From Marsupella aquatica (lineage: Eukaryota; Plantae; Marchantiophyta): a DNA stretch of 64,000 nt. Below are positions 14,120 through 27,800 of the stretch, in pieces; within the stretch, counting starts at the first letter, position 1, and each line of letters opens with the position of its first letter. The stretch spans positions 16,599,420 through 16,663,419 of the forward strand of contig OZ316898.1 in NCBI GenBank assembly GCA_973895155.1, read 5' to 3'. The translations under genes were made by a program, and so were the position numbers. The notes beneath the pieces were generated by a model, which was given only the letters and a program-made list of their open reading frames with translations, was not told the origin of the DNA and searched no databases.

Positions 14120-17100
14120 TTGATAACCCTTCCACTAAGTGCGGGACACAATACTCATCATTGTCCTCCCACTGGTTGGGGCATTAGCAATTTGAACACA
14201 TGTCTTGCATTTACTTTAGGCATGATGCACCTAGCTTTGGGGAAATCACTCCCAAGTCATACACCTTTGGAGTGATTTTCCATAAGTGTCACCATATATA
14301 GATGCGCGCATACTACCGTATCCAAAGGCAAATGAAACCTTTTTGTCTCTCCAAGAAGTAGGGCAATACCAATGGAAGGTTGTCATCCTTTGTTGTAATT
14401 GTGTCATGTTTGTGCCTGTGTTTGGATGGGGAATATTTTAATTTGCAAATAAATAGTGATGGGGCATTCAAGGAGCTAGTGTAATCTTTATTGGGTCATT
14501 TCTAAAAACATTTGCATTACAAATACCAATGACTACAAGTAGGGTCATTAAATTTGTCATATGGACTGTCATATAAGTCAAGTGACTGGACTTGTGGTTA
14601 TTTGTGTGGTCCCTCATGCAGTCATTAAACACAAGCACAAATGACCAGTTTGGGGTTGGGGGCTTGAGGTGGGCCCTAGAGTGCCATGGGGCCCCACATA
14701 GAGGTGAGAACCCCTCCACTAGGTGCGGGACACTATACTCATCATTGTCCAACCACTAGTTGCGACATAAACACTTTGGACACATGTTTTTGCGCTTACT
14801 TCAGGCATGATGCACCTTTGGGGAAATCACTCCCAAGTCGTATGACTTCGGAGTGATTTGCCAAAAGTGTCACCATGTATGCATACCATCACATCCAAAG
14901 GCAAATAAAAGTTGTTTTTTGGTTCTCCAAGAGGTAGTGCTACACCAATGGAATGGGCAGGGGAGTCGTGCTTCTCAGTATGGTGTGGGTGTGGGATTAG
15001 GGTATAGGAATATTCCAATCTTGCAAGGAATCTAAAGCTGGCTCTAGTTGGAGGTACTAGGGCCTTTATTGGGTCATATGTGAGCAATGGCCCGTCATAA
15101 ATGCCAATGACTAAAAGTAGGGTCATTAAAACTATCATATGGAGAGTCATATCAGTCTAATGATTGGATTTGTGGTCATTTGAGGGGTCCCTTATGCAGT
15201 CATTAAAAGGAAAAGCACAAATGACCAGTTTGGGGCTAGGGGCTTGAGGTGGGCCCTAGAGTGCCATGGGGCCCCACATAGAGGTGAACCCCTCCACTAG
15301 GTGCGGGACACTATACTCATCATTGTCCAACCACTAGTTGTGACATAAACACTTTGGACACGTGTTTTTGCGTTTACTTGAGGCATGATGCACCTTTGGG
15401 GAAATCACTCCCAAGTCGTACGACTTTGGAGTGATTTGCCAAAAGTTCAACCATGGATGTATACCATCACATCCAAAGGCAAATAAAACATATTTTTGGT
15501 TCTCCAAGAGGTAGTGCTGCACCAATGGAATGGGCAGGGGAGTCCTGCTTCTCTGCATGGTGTGGGTGCAGGATTAGGGTATAGGAATATTCCAACCTTG
15601 CAAGGAATCTAAAGCTGGCTCTCTTTGGAGGTACTAGGGCCTTTATTGGGTCATATATATGTGAGCAATGGCCCGTCATAAATGCCAATGACTAAAAGTA
15701 GGGTCATTAAAAATGTCATATGGAGAGTCATATCAGTCAAATGACTGGATATGTGGTCATTTTAGGGGTCCCTCATGCAGTCATTAAGGAAAAGCACAAA
15801 TGACCAGTTTGGGGCTAGGGGCTTGAGGTGGGCCCTAGAGTGCCATGGGGCCCCACATAGAGGTGAGAACCCCTCCACTGGGTGCGGGACACTATATTCA
15901 TCATTGTCCAACCACTAGTTGCGACATAAACACTTTGGACACATGTTTTTGCGTTTACTTGAGGCATGATGCACCTTTGGGGAAATCACTCCCAAGTCGT
16001 ACGACTTTGGAGTGATTTGCCAAAAGTGCAACCATGGATGTATACCATCACATCCAAAGGCAAATAAAACCTGTTTTTTGGTTCTCCAAGAGGTAGTGTT
16101 GCACCAATGGAATGGGCAGGGGAGTGGTGCTTCTCCGCATGGTGTGGGTGCGGGATTAGGGTATAGGAATATTCCAACCTTGCAAGGAATCTAAAGCTGG
16201 CTCTCTTTGGAGGTACTAGGGCCTTTATTGGGTCATATGTGAGCAATTGCCCGTCATAAATGCCAATTACTACAACAAAGGTCATTAAAATGGTCACATT
16301 GGATGTCATATAAGCGGAATGACCTGAATTATTGTCATTTGAGGGGTCCCTCATGCAGTCATTAAGGAAAAACACAAATGACCATTTTGGGGCTAGGGGT
16401 TGGAGGTGGGCCCTAGAGTGCCATGGGGCCCCACATAGAGGTGAGAACCCCTCCACTAGGTGCGGGACACTATACTCATCATTGTCCAACCACTAGTTGC
16501 GACATAAACACTTTGGACACATGTTTTTGTGTTTACTTAAGGCATGATGCACCTTTGGGGTTTAGGGTTGTTTTGTGGTTCTCCAAGAGGTGGTGCTGCA
16601 CCAATGGAATGGGCAGGGGAGTCGTGCTTCCCTGTATGGTGTGGGTGCGGGTTTAGGAAAGAGGAATATTCCAACCTTGCAAGGAATCTATTGGGGGCTC
16701 TCTTTGGAGGTACTAGGCCCGGTACTAGGGCCTTCATTGGGTCATTTGTGAACAATGACATGTCATAAATACCAATGATTACAAATAGGGTTGACCATTG
16801 AAACCGTCATATGGAATGTCATATAAGTCAAATGACGGGATTTGTTGTTATTTGAGGGGGTCCTTTGTGGAGTCATTGAAGACAAACATAAATGACCAGT
16901 TTGAGGCTAGGTGCTGGAGGTGGGCCCTAGAGTGCCATGTGGCCCCACATGGGGCTGGAAACCCCTCTACTAGGTGCGGGATATTATATTTACTATTCTT
17001 CAACCATTAGTTGCACCATAATTAATGTTGAATCATATTTTTGCATTTACCTAAGGCATGATGAAACTTTGGGGAAATCACTCCCAAGTCATACGGCTTT

Positions 17101-18900
17101 GGAGTGATTTGCCAAAAGTCTCACCATGTGAAATAATAGTTGTTTTCTTGTTCTCCAAGAGGTAGGGCAAAACTAGGGGAAGGTTGTTGTCCTTCTATTT
17201 AACTGTGTCATATCTATGCCAGTGTTTGGGTGGGGAATATTCTATTCCATTGCAAAGGAAATGCGAGGGGGCACTCCAACAGGTAGTGTAATCTTCACTA
17301 GGTCATATTGGAGTAATGGTGTTCATTAAAGCCAATGACAATAGTAAGGGTCATTTTGGCAGTCATATTGCAGGTCATTTGGACCAAATGACTGCATATG
17401 TGGTCATTATAGAGGTCCCTCATAGTGTCATTATGGACCAACATAAATGACCAGTTTGGTGCTAAGGATTGGAAGTGGGCCCTAGACTGCCATGGGGCCT
17501 TGCATGAAGGTGGCAACCTCTCCACTAGGTGCGGGACACTATAATCATCATTGTCCAACCACTAGTTGTGCCATGAACACTTTGGAGCCATCTTTTTGCG
17601 TTTACTTAAAGCATGATAGAACCTTGGGGAAATCACTCCCAAGTCATACAGATTTGGAGTGATTTGCCAAAAGTGTCACCGTGGTTGAATACCATCATTA
17701 TCAATGGCAAATTGAGCCTTTTGTTTTGTCTCTCCAAGAAGTAAAGCAATGTCACCAATCAATGGAAGGTTGTTGTTCTTCTATGTAAGTGTGTGATTTT
17801 TGTGTTGATGTTTTGATGGGGATACTCCATTTTGCATATGAATAGTGTCGGGGCATTGTGAGTAGGTGTTGTAATCTTCATTGGGTTATTTTGGAGTAAT
17901 GTTGTGTCATTAGTGCCAATGACTGCACTAAGGGTCATTTTGGGAGTCATTTTGGATGTCATTTGTACAAAATGATTGCATATGAGGTCATTAGACAGGT
18001 CCCTCATGATGTCATTATGTACCAGTAGAAATGACCCTTTTAGGTCTAGGAACTTTGGGTGGGCCCCAATGTGCCATGAGGCCCGCCATGGGGCCCTACA
18101 TGAAGGTGGTAACCCCTCCACTAGGTGCGGGACACTATACTCATCATTGTCCAACCACTAGTTGTTAGTTACATGAACATTTTGGACACATGTTTTCACG
18201 TTTACTTAAGGCATGATGCAACCTTGGGGAAATCATTCCCAAGTCGTACAACTTTGAGGTGATTTGCCAAAAGTGTCACCAAGGATTAATACCATCATTT
18301 GCAAAGGCAAATCGAGCCATTTGTTTTCTCTCTCCAAGAGGTAGCGCAACACCAATGGAAGGTTGTGGTCCTTCTATTTAACTATGTCATGTTTGTGATG
18401 GTGTTTGGATGGGGGATATGATATTTTGGGGATATTTTGCAAATAAATTGTGACGGGGCACTCTGGGAGGTAGTGTAATCTTTATTAGGTCATTTTGGAA
18501 CAAAGTTGTGTCATAAATGCCAATGACTACAAATAGGGTCATTGAAACGGTCATATAGGATGTCATATAGGTCAAATGACCAGACTTGTGGTCATTACAT
18601 TGGTCCCTTGTGGAGTCATTTAATTAGAAGAAGCTCAAATGACAAGGTTTGAGCTAGGGGCTGGAGGCGGGCCCCTAGAGTCATAAATGTGGTACTACAT
18701 AGTGCTGGGAACCTGCCTCCGGGTCCAGTACACTCTACTGTATACTATTCTCCATCCATTAGTTGTGGCATAAACCTGCACTTTGGGATATGGGGGTTCT
18801 CTTTTTGGAGGTACTTGTGCTTCATTGGGCCATTTGTGAACAATTCTACGTCAGAAATGTCAAATAATGACCTCCTATAATGTCATTGTGATTATGATAT
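14120..18900. repeat. ~580-bp tandem (satellite-like) array, ~8-9 units, inside CACTA-1
   Basis: Anchor CCCTCCACTAGGTGCGGGACACTATACTCATCATTGTCC recurs near 14128, 14711, 15289, 15870, 16449, 16962, 17517, 18112 and degenerately ~18710; central units are nearly identical, outer ones diverged. Confidence 0.93.
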
Positions 18901-21900
18901 GGGAGTACCAAATCACCCAAAATGGGGCCATTAGAGGAGTCCCTCATGCTGTCATTGAGGAAATAGGTTAAAATGACCCAACTGGCCAGGGCTAGGGGTA
19001 GAGGTGTTTAGAGTTTAGAGTGTAAACCTAAACCCTAAACAATGGAAAGGCTCTGTTTGGAGGGATGCAGTTCCTCATTGGCTCATTTGTGTGTTGTGTC
19101 ATAAATTCCATACAATGACAGAAAATGGGGTCATTGATGCTGAATACCCAACTATTTCATGCATTAACAATACCTAATGGCTATTTTGGTCCCAATTTTG
19201 GTCTTCCTTTGGCCCCCTCTTCTCCATGGTCCCATTCACCACAATATGGGTGAAATATGGATTAACTAGGGCGGTGAATGAGGACAATAGTCAACAATAT
19301 TAATACTCCAAACAAACAAAGCAAAGGCCACAAATCAACTGCCTTACACCTGGGTTATTGCAAAATGAACATAGTGTAGGGAGTTCTTATCAAGTTCTTA
19401 ACGTACCAGGACGTACTAATAAATAAGCAAAAACAAAGCAAAAACATCATTAACTTGTTAAGGCAAGCTTAATACTAAATTTGAGAGTGTTAAACTTTAG
19501 TGTCTCCTTTGCTAACCTTTGCCACAAAGTTTCAATAATAATGAGGAACAAGAGGGAAATTTAATTGTTTGTGACTCAGTTGGTAGATGGACAAAATGTT
19601 TCTCTACAAATAAAGCTTTGTTTGGAGATATTCCACTTTACACAACATCTCTACTATCTGAAATGCTTGCACTTATGTAGAGAACCCATTCCCTGGGCCC
19701 CAACAAAGATACTGAAGCCCCCCTGCACGCATGAAGGTAATTTATATTTTATTGGCCTGTAATAATCATAATGCATTTTTTTGAATGAAGGGATTATATT
19801 AACCTTGGATTAGTATATTACAATACAAAAGCCTTATTATATCCATTCAAAATTTTATTTTTATTTCTAAGGAAAGGTGTGACATAGTCAACAAAAACAT
19901 GTGTCATTTTTATATTGGTCCACATGTCATTGCATAAAAGTAGGGGTTATGTAACTCAAAATATAAAATTAAATATTTTTGTAAGCTATTGAATCTACAC
20001 TCTGGGCATAGTGGAGGTTCACGGGCCGTCTCGGGTAGGTTTCACGGGTGGGGTGGGGCGTGGGCACGTTCTTGGTGAGAGGGATTTGAATCCTCCCGCG
20101 TGACCTCGCTTCCCTCCTGCACATTGTCCCTCATGCCCATCTTTAGCAGCCGCTGACCGCCATAGCTTTCCGTTGGAGAGTTGTGAGAGCGTGGGGAGGG
20201 ATTGATGGTGGTTTGCGATGCTCTCGATCTAGATTTGTGGAAGGTCCGAAAAGAACAAGCAGATGTAGCTGTACGTGAACATTGCGCACAGTGGATTGGG
20301 AGTATTGCTTCAGTGTGACTAGTCTTTGTATAATCCTATTGTTGGTGCTGGGTGGATGGATCGGACAGTTCAGAAAGTTCAGGCTTGAATGCCTTCGTCA
20401 CTCATTGTGTTGTAGCGTTTTAACACATCATTCTTGTTTTGGACAAATTGATGGAATGGTAGGGCCCTGGGGGTAGGGCGCAGGGCAATACACTGTGTTA
20501 GTGTTGTTGAGTTCACGGTTTGATTCAAACCTTGCTGATTGAAATTTTCTAATTGATCAGTAGGATTATGAACGAGGGTGGTAATCGACTGGAGGACCCA
20601 CTCAAGGACTACTATTGGACTGGAGAATGTCTGGCCAAGACAAACGATGGCTCCAAGAAGAGTGGCGCACTCAACTTCAATACTGTGGCATTGCTGACAA
20701 CCTGATTGGCACAAACGGTCGGAGCTAAATCACAAGAATGCCTTTGTGATTGCTTTGCTTTCGATGGTAGTTGTGATTGAGAGCCTTTGAGTGGGGAGGA
20801 CGGGGCTACAAGGTCGACAAGGCATATACAATTTTGAGCAAGAGCAAGATTTGCAATTGTAGAGACAAAGGACGGATGCAACAATTTTAGTCACAGGCCT
20901 TTTGGTTTCATTTTAGCAGCCGAGGATGCAGCACTTCCAATCGCAAGCCTTCTAGGCTCACTTTGGCTGCAAAGGACGTAGCACTTGCAATTATTGCAGG
21001 CCTTCCGGGTCTACTTTTTGGCAACAGATCAAGCTAGGACACAGCTTGCAGCGGCACTTCCAGCCCTTTTGTAGACGGTATGTTAGCTTTTTTCGCTAAT
21101 TAAAAGAATTTTAGGAAAGAAGAATTGGCACATGAATCATATATTGAAAAGCAATCCGTCATTTTGTATGTCTTCACAAGAAGCAGTGCCATACACGTCC
21201 ATCACTAACTAAAATCCAATAGCCCAGTTGAATAGATTTTGTTGCATTTCAGAGGTAGCCGCATTTATGGAGCAACGTTTCTAACCGTGTATTGATTCCA
21301 AGGCTATTCAAGAACTTATAGTGCCTCTCGGATTTTGATTGTTTATTGCTTAATTTGCTAGTTGGCCAGTCATATATCTGAACGTCAGCATTTAGCGTGA
21401 GATTGTACAGATCAATTCTATGGTATCTGGAGCTATTCCTCACTAAATCCCATCTAGTCAAGTAATTACGTACTATTGGTCTATTGTTCGGCGCCTCACT
21501 CAATTCAGCCAACAAGCCAAAAACGGTTCCGACAGATGGCTACGAAAACACATTGGAAACTACTATAAGTTCCAATTATGAGAGATATGATTGATTTTAA
21601 TGTCTGAGAATTTGAAGGCAAGAAATCTGGCTTTATACTCTTTTCGGGGTCAGTGTTGGTAGAAACGGATCATATTTCTATGTGAGCAGATTAGTTTAGT
21701 CAGTGTTTTATGATATTACAAAACCGAGAAGGATCAAAGCTCCGCGTTGTATTCTCAATCTGGATTATTTTCCCCTCAAGATCTTTGAAACCTTTTTGGC
21801 TTCGTACTACTACTGCCGTGGAATTTTTTGGGAATAATGATTCTACATGTAGACTAGCCAGGTTAAGCATGGAAAATGCAATTGTCACCGCCCTATACTT

Positions 21901-23930
21901 GGGAATAATTAAGTTTACCTGACTTAAAAATTGTTCTTTACAAATGTCAGAGTTCGGTCCCACAGATTGCAATATATGACCTTTTAATAGAAACCTTTCA
22001 GCATTGGAACTTGGAAGCTCTTGGCCTGTTGCTGCTGCTGTGCCTGCATGACATAGTAAGTATTAGCGGACCCACTTGGTCTAGCATTTCATTCCTCCTG
22101 CATGACATAGTAGGTACTAGCGGACCCACTTGGTCTGGCATGGATTGTGTCGTGGACTTCTACCTAAGTGCTAGAGGAATCATTCAAGCTATGTGATATG
22201 ATAGCTATGTGACAAGAATCCTGTGATAATTTTGGTTCCAATATAGTAGATGTTTTTGACTTTTGATTACAGGAATGTACAGTACTACTCACATCTTTTA
22301 GAAACGCCCTTCTTCGGGATGGGAATATTTTTGTAATCTCAAATAGTTATTCAATCTCAAAAGCTTACATCACTGCAGCTCTACGTTTGATTATAGAACT
22401 ATACAATACTCCCATCTTTTAGAAAAGCACTTTTTGATGATGCAAACATTTTTTAATCTGAAAAGCTTACATCGTTGCAGCTCCGCTCACACTTTTTGGA
22501 AAAGTCCTGCGAAGAATAAATCTTGAACAGTTTTCAATCTCAGAAGTTTTATTATATGTTTTGCAGCTCTCACCCAGGACTTGCAGCCTACGTAAATTTG
22601 TGTGGTGACTTCTTCAATAACAATATGTGTGGTAATGATTGAAGCAATGCCCTATTGGTGCAAGCGGTTGTGCCTGGAGAATAATTGTAGTAATCTTATT
22701 TTGGTTTTATGGTGGAGACCGTTGTGCGTGAAGAATAATTGTTTTTCTTGGTAATGTTTGGAAGTGGTTATTTCAGGCTGTGGAGCTTTAAACAAAGGTG
22801 GAGGCCCTGTAGAAAAAATTGACACCCTGTCCCAACACGAGTGGCCAGAAATCCATAACAGGTAGGCCACATAGTGATGTAGCGCCCGCATATCTCATCT
22901 TGAATTGTTTGGTTTGGCTTTCCTCATTTCTTAAATTCTATTTTGTTATTCTCACTATTTTCAAAGGCGACCAATACATCACGAGCATAGGTCATTTTCA
23001 AAGAAACTGGGCCACTTTTGGTTATCATCAAGAATCTTGTATTTTGAAGAAGTGTTGAGAACGGTCTGCAGCAGCTGTGTGTATTACTTTATGCTAGGAA
23101 TCTCCTATCTTGTTTGGCATGCACATGGTGATGATCATCTCTGAATAGTTTTGTGTGCACAATCCCATGCAAAACTTGGGCCTGTATCATATTTTGTAAT
23201 TATGTCATAGAAGATACGTCATTCAAACTAAGCCAGCAATGAGATGTGCAAAATATTCAAATTTATTCCAGCTGAAGTCAGAGAGTTACTACTTAATTTT
23301 CTCTTAGCTGGACTTGACAGATTGGTCTTCTAAGGTATGCACTTGTGCTCTATGGATCATTGGGGGTACTACCTATCTTTGTCTGAAGTGGAGGGTGGAA
23401 TTTTGACCATTAACAATCACTTGGCGAGCTTCCATTTTTCACAGTTGCTAAGGAAGGGGACTCGACTGAACAAGCAAGTTGTAAGAGCTCTACCACCCAG
23501 GGCTCTGCCCAACTATGTTGTAAGTTGGTATGTTTTAATCTTAGCAGTAAATGGTTATCACAAAATCAATAGTTCTACAGTTATCTAATATCATGCTTTC
23601 TTATTTGGTTGTTGTCCTTGGAGGTGGCTGTCACTACTTCAATTCAAGATGTAACTGGGTTTTTGAATCACATCGTAGCTACATCCACCAGCATGAAGTG
23701 TCTGACCCCTCTGTAAGTCTCTGATCCCGCTTCCTCATGTGGTATATTTTGTGGCACCTGGTTTTTATGGTTTATGGTGACTGCAAAGAAAAATTCATGA
23801 TCAGCTACGAACTTACAAGTTCTGTGTGTGACATATAGGATTGCCTTTGCTTCAATACACATCTTGCTGTGATCAAATTCTTGTTAGTTTGACAGTGAGA
23901 ATGTTGTGTTCGCTTGTGAGTCATTTACAG

Positions 23931-24180
23931 ACCCCACATTCAAAAGAAGAGATCAGTGCCATTGGGGTTGTGAAATTGGATGTTGATGAGTTGAAAGGCA
24001 CTATGAAGGAGTTGGCAAGCATGATGACTACATGGATGGTCCTTTCTTCCGAGTGCGTGTGATTGAAGTGTTTGTAGATGTGGCATTGTCATTTGCTAAT
24101 GCTGGGGAGAACCAGTCTAAGTTATCTCATGTGAAGGGGATGAATGCCCTGTGGAACTCTAGATTGCTCAAGAAGCAGTA
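23931..24180 (+). pseudogene. TnpA/Tnp1-type C-terminal domain remnant of CACTA-1 (last exon)
   Basis: Acceptor TTTACAG at 23930, then TPHSKEEISAIGVVKLD... and, after a frameshift, GPFFRVRVIEVFVDVALSFANAGENQSKLSHVKGMNALWNSRLLKKQ, matching the V-x-V..V...L.......L....G....W pattern of En/Spm TnpA C-termini. Confidence 0.6.
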
Positions 24181-25329
24181 GAAGCAGCCATGGGCCAAGA
24201 AACACTAGACATGATAGAAGTAGGTTTTGTAGAATGAGAATGACAACTTTGTTTTTCTACACACATTCAGAGTTGTTAGGTATTTTAGATTGCAGCACTT
24301 GATATACATCTAATAATATTGTGTATGCTTTTTCTCAATGTCTGTTTTCTTCATAAATTTGCATTGAGTTGAATAACTATTGTGTTCAATAACTATTGTG
24401 GGACTTAAGAATGTATCTTGTATGAATATCAACTATTGTGGGACTTAAGAATGTATCTTGTATGAATATCAATTGGATTTGTTAGGTATAGAATGTCTCT
24501 TTAGTGTTTCATTCAGCAAATCTATTGAATGACTTTGTAGTGTATGATTCTTGAATGACATGAATTTTTGTCCAATATGACCATTTAAATTTGTATAACT
24601 CCAAGTCATTGAATACATGACTTGAATGACATATAAAATGACTGATCTAATGGTCATCATGAACTTCTGTAATTGCATCCAATATGACCCACCTCAAGTC
24701 ATTAAAGACATAGCCTTAATGACATATAAAATGACTGATCTTATGGTCATTATAGACATATATAAATGTGTCCAATATGACTCTTTTCAAGTCATTCCAA
24801 ACATGTCATTAATGACCAGTGTGTATCTCTACGTGTTTCTTCCCAATTTAACCATGTGTCTATATATGACTTGTCTATAATGTAGTCATTTTGGACACGT
24901 CCAAAATGACCCAAATTTATTGCCACATGGTTAAAATCCTTTGAGCCACATGTCATTCCTTGATTTGTTACATATTGTGCATCATTTTGGACAAGTCCAA
25001 AATGACAAATGATCTTTGTTTTTTAATTGCCACGTGGCATTATATAATTGGGTACGGATACAATCGACGGTGAACGGTGATTGACCGTTGACGGTGGTTT
25101 TTTGGTCATTTCAGACCGTTCACCATTTATGACCAAATCATAAATTAAGTCATTTCAGACGGTATAAAATGACCACATGTTTTTTGCGTCATTTGTCCGA
25201 AAGGACCGTGACCAAAATGTCCGTTGTGACGCGTCTGGAAAGACGAGAATGACTGCGTCATTGTTTTGTTGAAAAGACCATATAAATAGTCATTATTGCG
25301 GTCATAAAGAACCTTGTTTTGTACTAGTG

Positions 25330-26814
25330 GATGGTCATCTTTTCATCTTGAGTTTCTTCTCTCTCTGATTTTCTCCCCCTTGAATAAAATCCAAATGGTA
25401 CGTAATGAGTGAAGCAAATGTATACCAGCGCCCGATGCTAGCCAAACATTTGTTGTCTAAATACAAGTTATGAGTAGCCATCTAACAGTTTTAAGTAGCG
25501 CTTGGCCTAACCAAAAAAATTGACAAAATTTAAGCAGAAGAACAATAAGTCTGATATGTCATGTTTTCTTCCGGATCGTGTTCACTTCAATCCTGCGTCA
25601 AGTTTTACTTTGGCGCGTGGTTTTTGGCTCCGGTCAACATGCGTGACTTCTGTCTCACATCTTTTTTGAAGCTTGTTTGCAGAAGCTTCCACGTCTCCCA
25701 CTAAACCTTCTGTCATTTATGACAATAATTTTTGAGGAACTAAAGATTTGGACAATTTCAAAAAGACGTCTTTCTCAGATTCATCAAAAGGCGTATCTCA
25801 CTTATTAGTATCAAGGTCCCAAGGATAGTTTGTTTGCCCCCACTAAAAAATGTGACGTGGAGGGTTGGATCAGTCTGCAGGATACATCAAGAAACCTCAC
25901 TGAAAGTATTCCCATCCATGGCGGACCACTTTTGAAATGCAGGAGGGTAAGCCCAGAAATAAGCAAGTGAAGCGCTCTCCATGGACATGAAAAACCAATA
26001 AAGATATCTCTTTGCTTGCTTCTGGTTTGCAAAGTAAAATCTTCTTTCTCCCCGTACTTCAATGCCCACATTGTGTTGAAGAACTTGGCCTTCACAGTAT
26101 CTCCATAAATTTTAAAATCATTACAAACGCTCTGGATTCAACTTGTCCGAGAGCAGTCTACAACATCCCTATTGAAATTCCTTCTATCCAACTCCACATG
26201 TGCCATGCATGTATGACACCATTGTTTCACAGGTTCATCATTGACACTCGGCAGATGGAAATTGTTTTTGAAGTTCTAGGGTGCAATGCACCACAAGAAC
26301 AATAGAACGCAACTTAGGGTCCAAAGTTGAGACAACAATGAAGAGTTGAGCATGTTGCATTATACAAATCACAGAATCTGCTTTCCGTTCCCGCTTGTTG
26401 TTTTTTTTGTCAGAGTGTATTTTTTGCACATGTCAACAGAAAATCATCAAATTTGGGACTTACGAGTGGAGTGATCTTCAAGGTCTTCATGTTCCCTTCT
26501 TTCATGGCCTCCTTCATCATCATTGCATGACGCCTCGCAACCTCCTTCCTTTGACCACGGCCGCCCTTGAGTGTTAGCAGTTGCCATGTCCAATTTGAAC
26601 TAGAGAGAGTAAGACTTGATCAATCTTGTTCTCACACAAGATGTAAACAAGGGCCTCCAAAGGTATCTTCTTGGTATACCAAGAGCCTTTCCTTGTCTTC
26701 ACGCGAATCACCCCAAAGCGTTTGAAGTTTCTGGAGTCAATTATTGTCTTGTAACAATCAAGGTCATGGGACAAAATCAGATTGATTCTATCTACATTGA
26801 GGATCCACGACAGT
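25330..26814 (-). pseudogene. Middle segment of the interrupted ParB/Srx-like gene
   Basis: Chain of minus-strand ORF fragments (26574..26774, 26238..26429, 25811..26095); frame joins the 47894+ segment across the hAT TSD as AVVELS|WILNVDRINLILSHDLDCYK. Confidence 0.6.
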
Positions 26815-26984
26815 CCCGGTTTGAGCTATCGGACACCTTGTCGTGTTTTTGGACACGACAAGTTGTCATTTGTCGGACCAAAAATGAAGAATTTGTCGGA
26901 TATTCCTATATATTCCTTGGCCGGGTCCCGACATTTCCCGAACACTTTCAAACCCTCCTAGTCGGGGAAAACAACTCGGGCCGG

Positions 26985-27698
26985 ATGAAGGGTCAGGTCG
27001 GGGAGGGGAGGTCGGGTGAAAGGGTCGGGGCCTGGTGAAGGGTTGGTCGGGGAGGGGAGGTTGGGCGAAAGGGTCGGGGCCAGGTGAAGGGTTGGGTTGG
27101 GGAGGGGAGGTCAAGCGAAAGGGTCAGGGCCGGGTGGAGGGTCGGGTGGAAGGTCGGGGTCGGGCAAAAGGGTCGGGGCCGGGTGGGCAGTTGGGGCTTC
27201 GGGCTTGGGCTCGGGGGGTCACTTCCACGGAAGTGACACATCACGTGCAACGAAGTATAGGCCCATTTAAATGGGTGTGGCGGAAGACTTCCAAAGTTTG
27301 GTGGAAGAACACATAGGGCATGTTTTATTGATTGGTCGACTTTAAAGAACACATAGGCCTATTTAATTGCAAAAAATACTTTCTTAAAAATTTTTAGGGG
27401 TTTTTTTTTAAGTGACAAAATTTAAAGAAAGAAAGGGATTTGCAAAAAAATATTTTTCACTTATAAGTTAGGGGGTCAAACCCTAAAACGTCGCACACAA
27501 TGTATGGCCCTCCATATAGTGACCCCCCCGAGGGCTCAGGCCGTCAGGCCGTTGGCCATCCGGGTTGGGGTCGGGGTCGGCCAATGATGGGTCGGGGTCG
27601 GGCCGTCGTGCTGCTGTGGAGGGTTGGGCCGGAGTGGTCGGGGCCTAGTGGAGGGTCGAGGCCGGGTGGAGGGTCAGGCCGGGTTCAGGGACTCGGGC

Positions 27699-27730
<32 letters not shown>

Positions 27731-27800
27731 TGTAGGGTCGGGCCGGGTTCAAGGTCTTGGGAGGGGCCAGGACTGGGTCGGGATAGGCGGCTTAGGTTTA
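26985..27800 (+). repeat. G-rich GGTCGG/GGGTC subterminal repeat tract of the hAT left arm (interrupted by a MITE)
   Basis: Many GGTCGG(G) units, e.g. (GGGTCG)n near 27700..27730. Confidence 0.8.
27210..27532 (+). mobile_element. MITE copy nested in the hAT left arm
   Basis: Best-preserved TIRs CTCGGGGGGTCACT / AGTGACCCCCCCGAG; TSD GGCTTGGG (27202..27209) / GGCTCAGG (27533..27540), i.e. GGCTCGGG with opposite-strand CpG transitions. Confidence 0.92.

Larger units (their letters stand above)
13212..25329 (+). mobile_element. CACTA (En/Spm) transposon 1, non-autonomous, 12118 bp
   Basis: 30-bp TIRs CACTAGAAGAAAACAGGGCCCTTTATGACC vs reverse complement CACTAGTACAAAACAAGGTTCTTTATGACC (25/30 identical); 3-bp TSD GAT at 13209..13211 and 25330..25332; dense AATGAC/GTCATT subterminal motifs at both ends; no TnpD ORF inside. 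Confidence 0.95.

Noticed and set aside
14468-18575. Repeated ORFs beginning MDNDEYSVPHLVE
   Set aside because: By-products of the tandem repeat; frames and stops differ between units and there is no recognisable domain.
13601-18900. CRISPR-like or guide-RNA array
   Set aside because: Whole units are homologous with no unique spacers, the context is a eukaryotic CACTA, and no cas-like genes are present.
20070-20110. tRNA T-arm/B-box-like GGATTCAAATCCCTC on the minus strand
   Set aside because: No A-box at a suitable distance and no cloverleaf.
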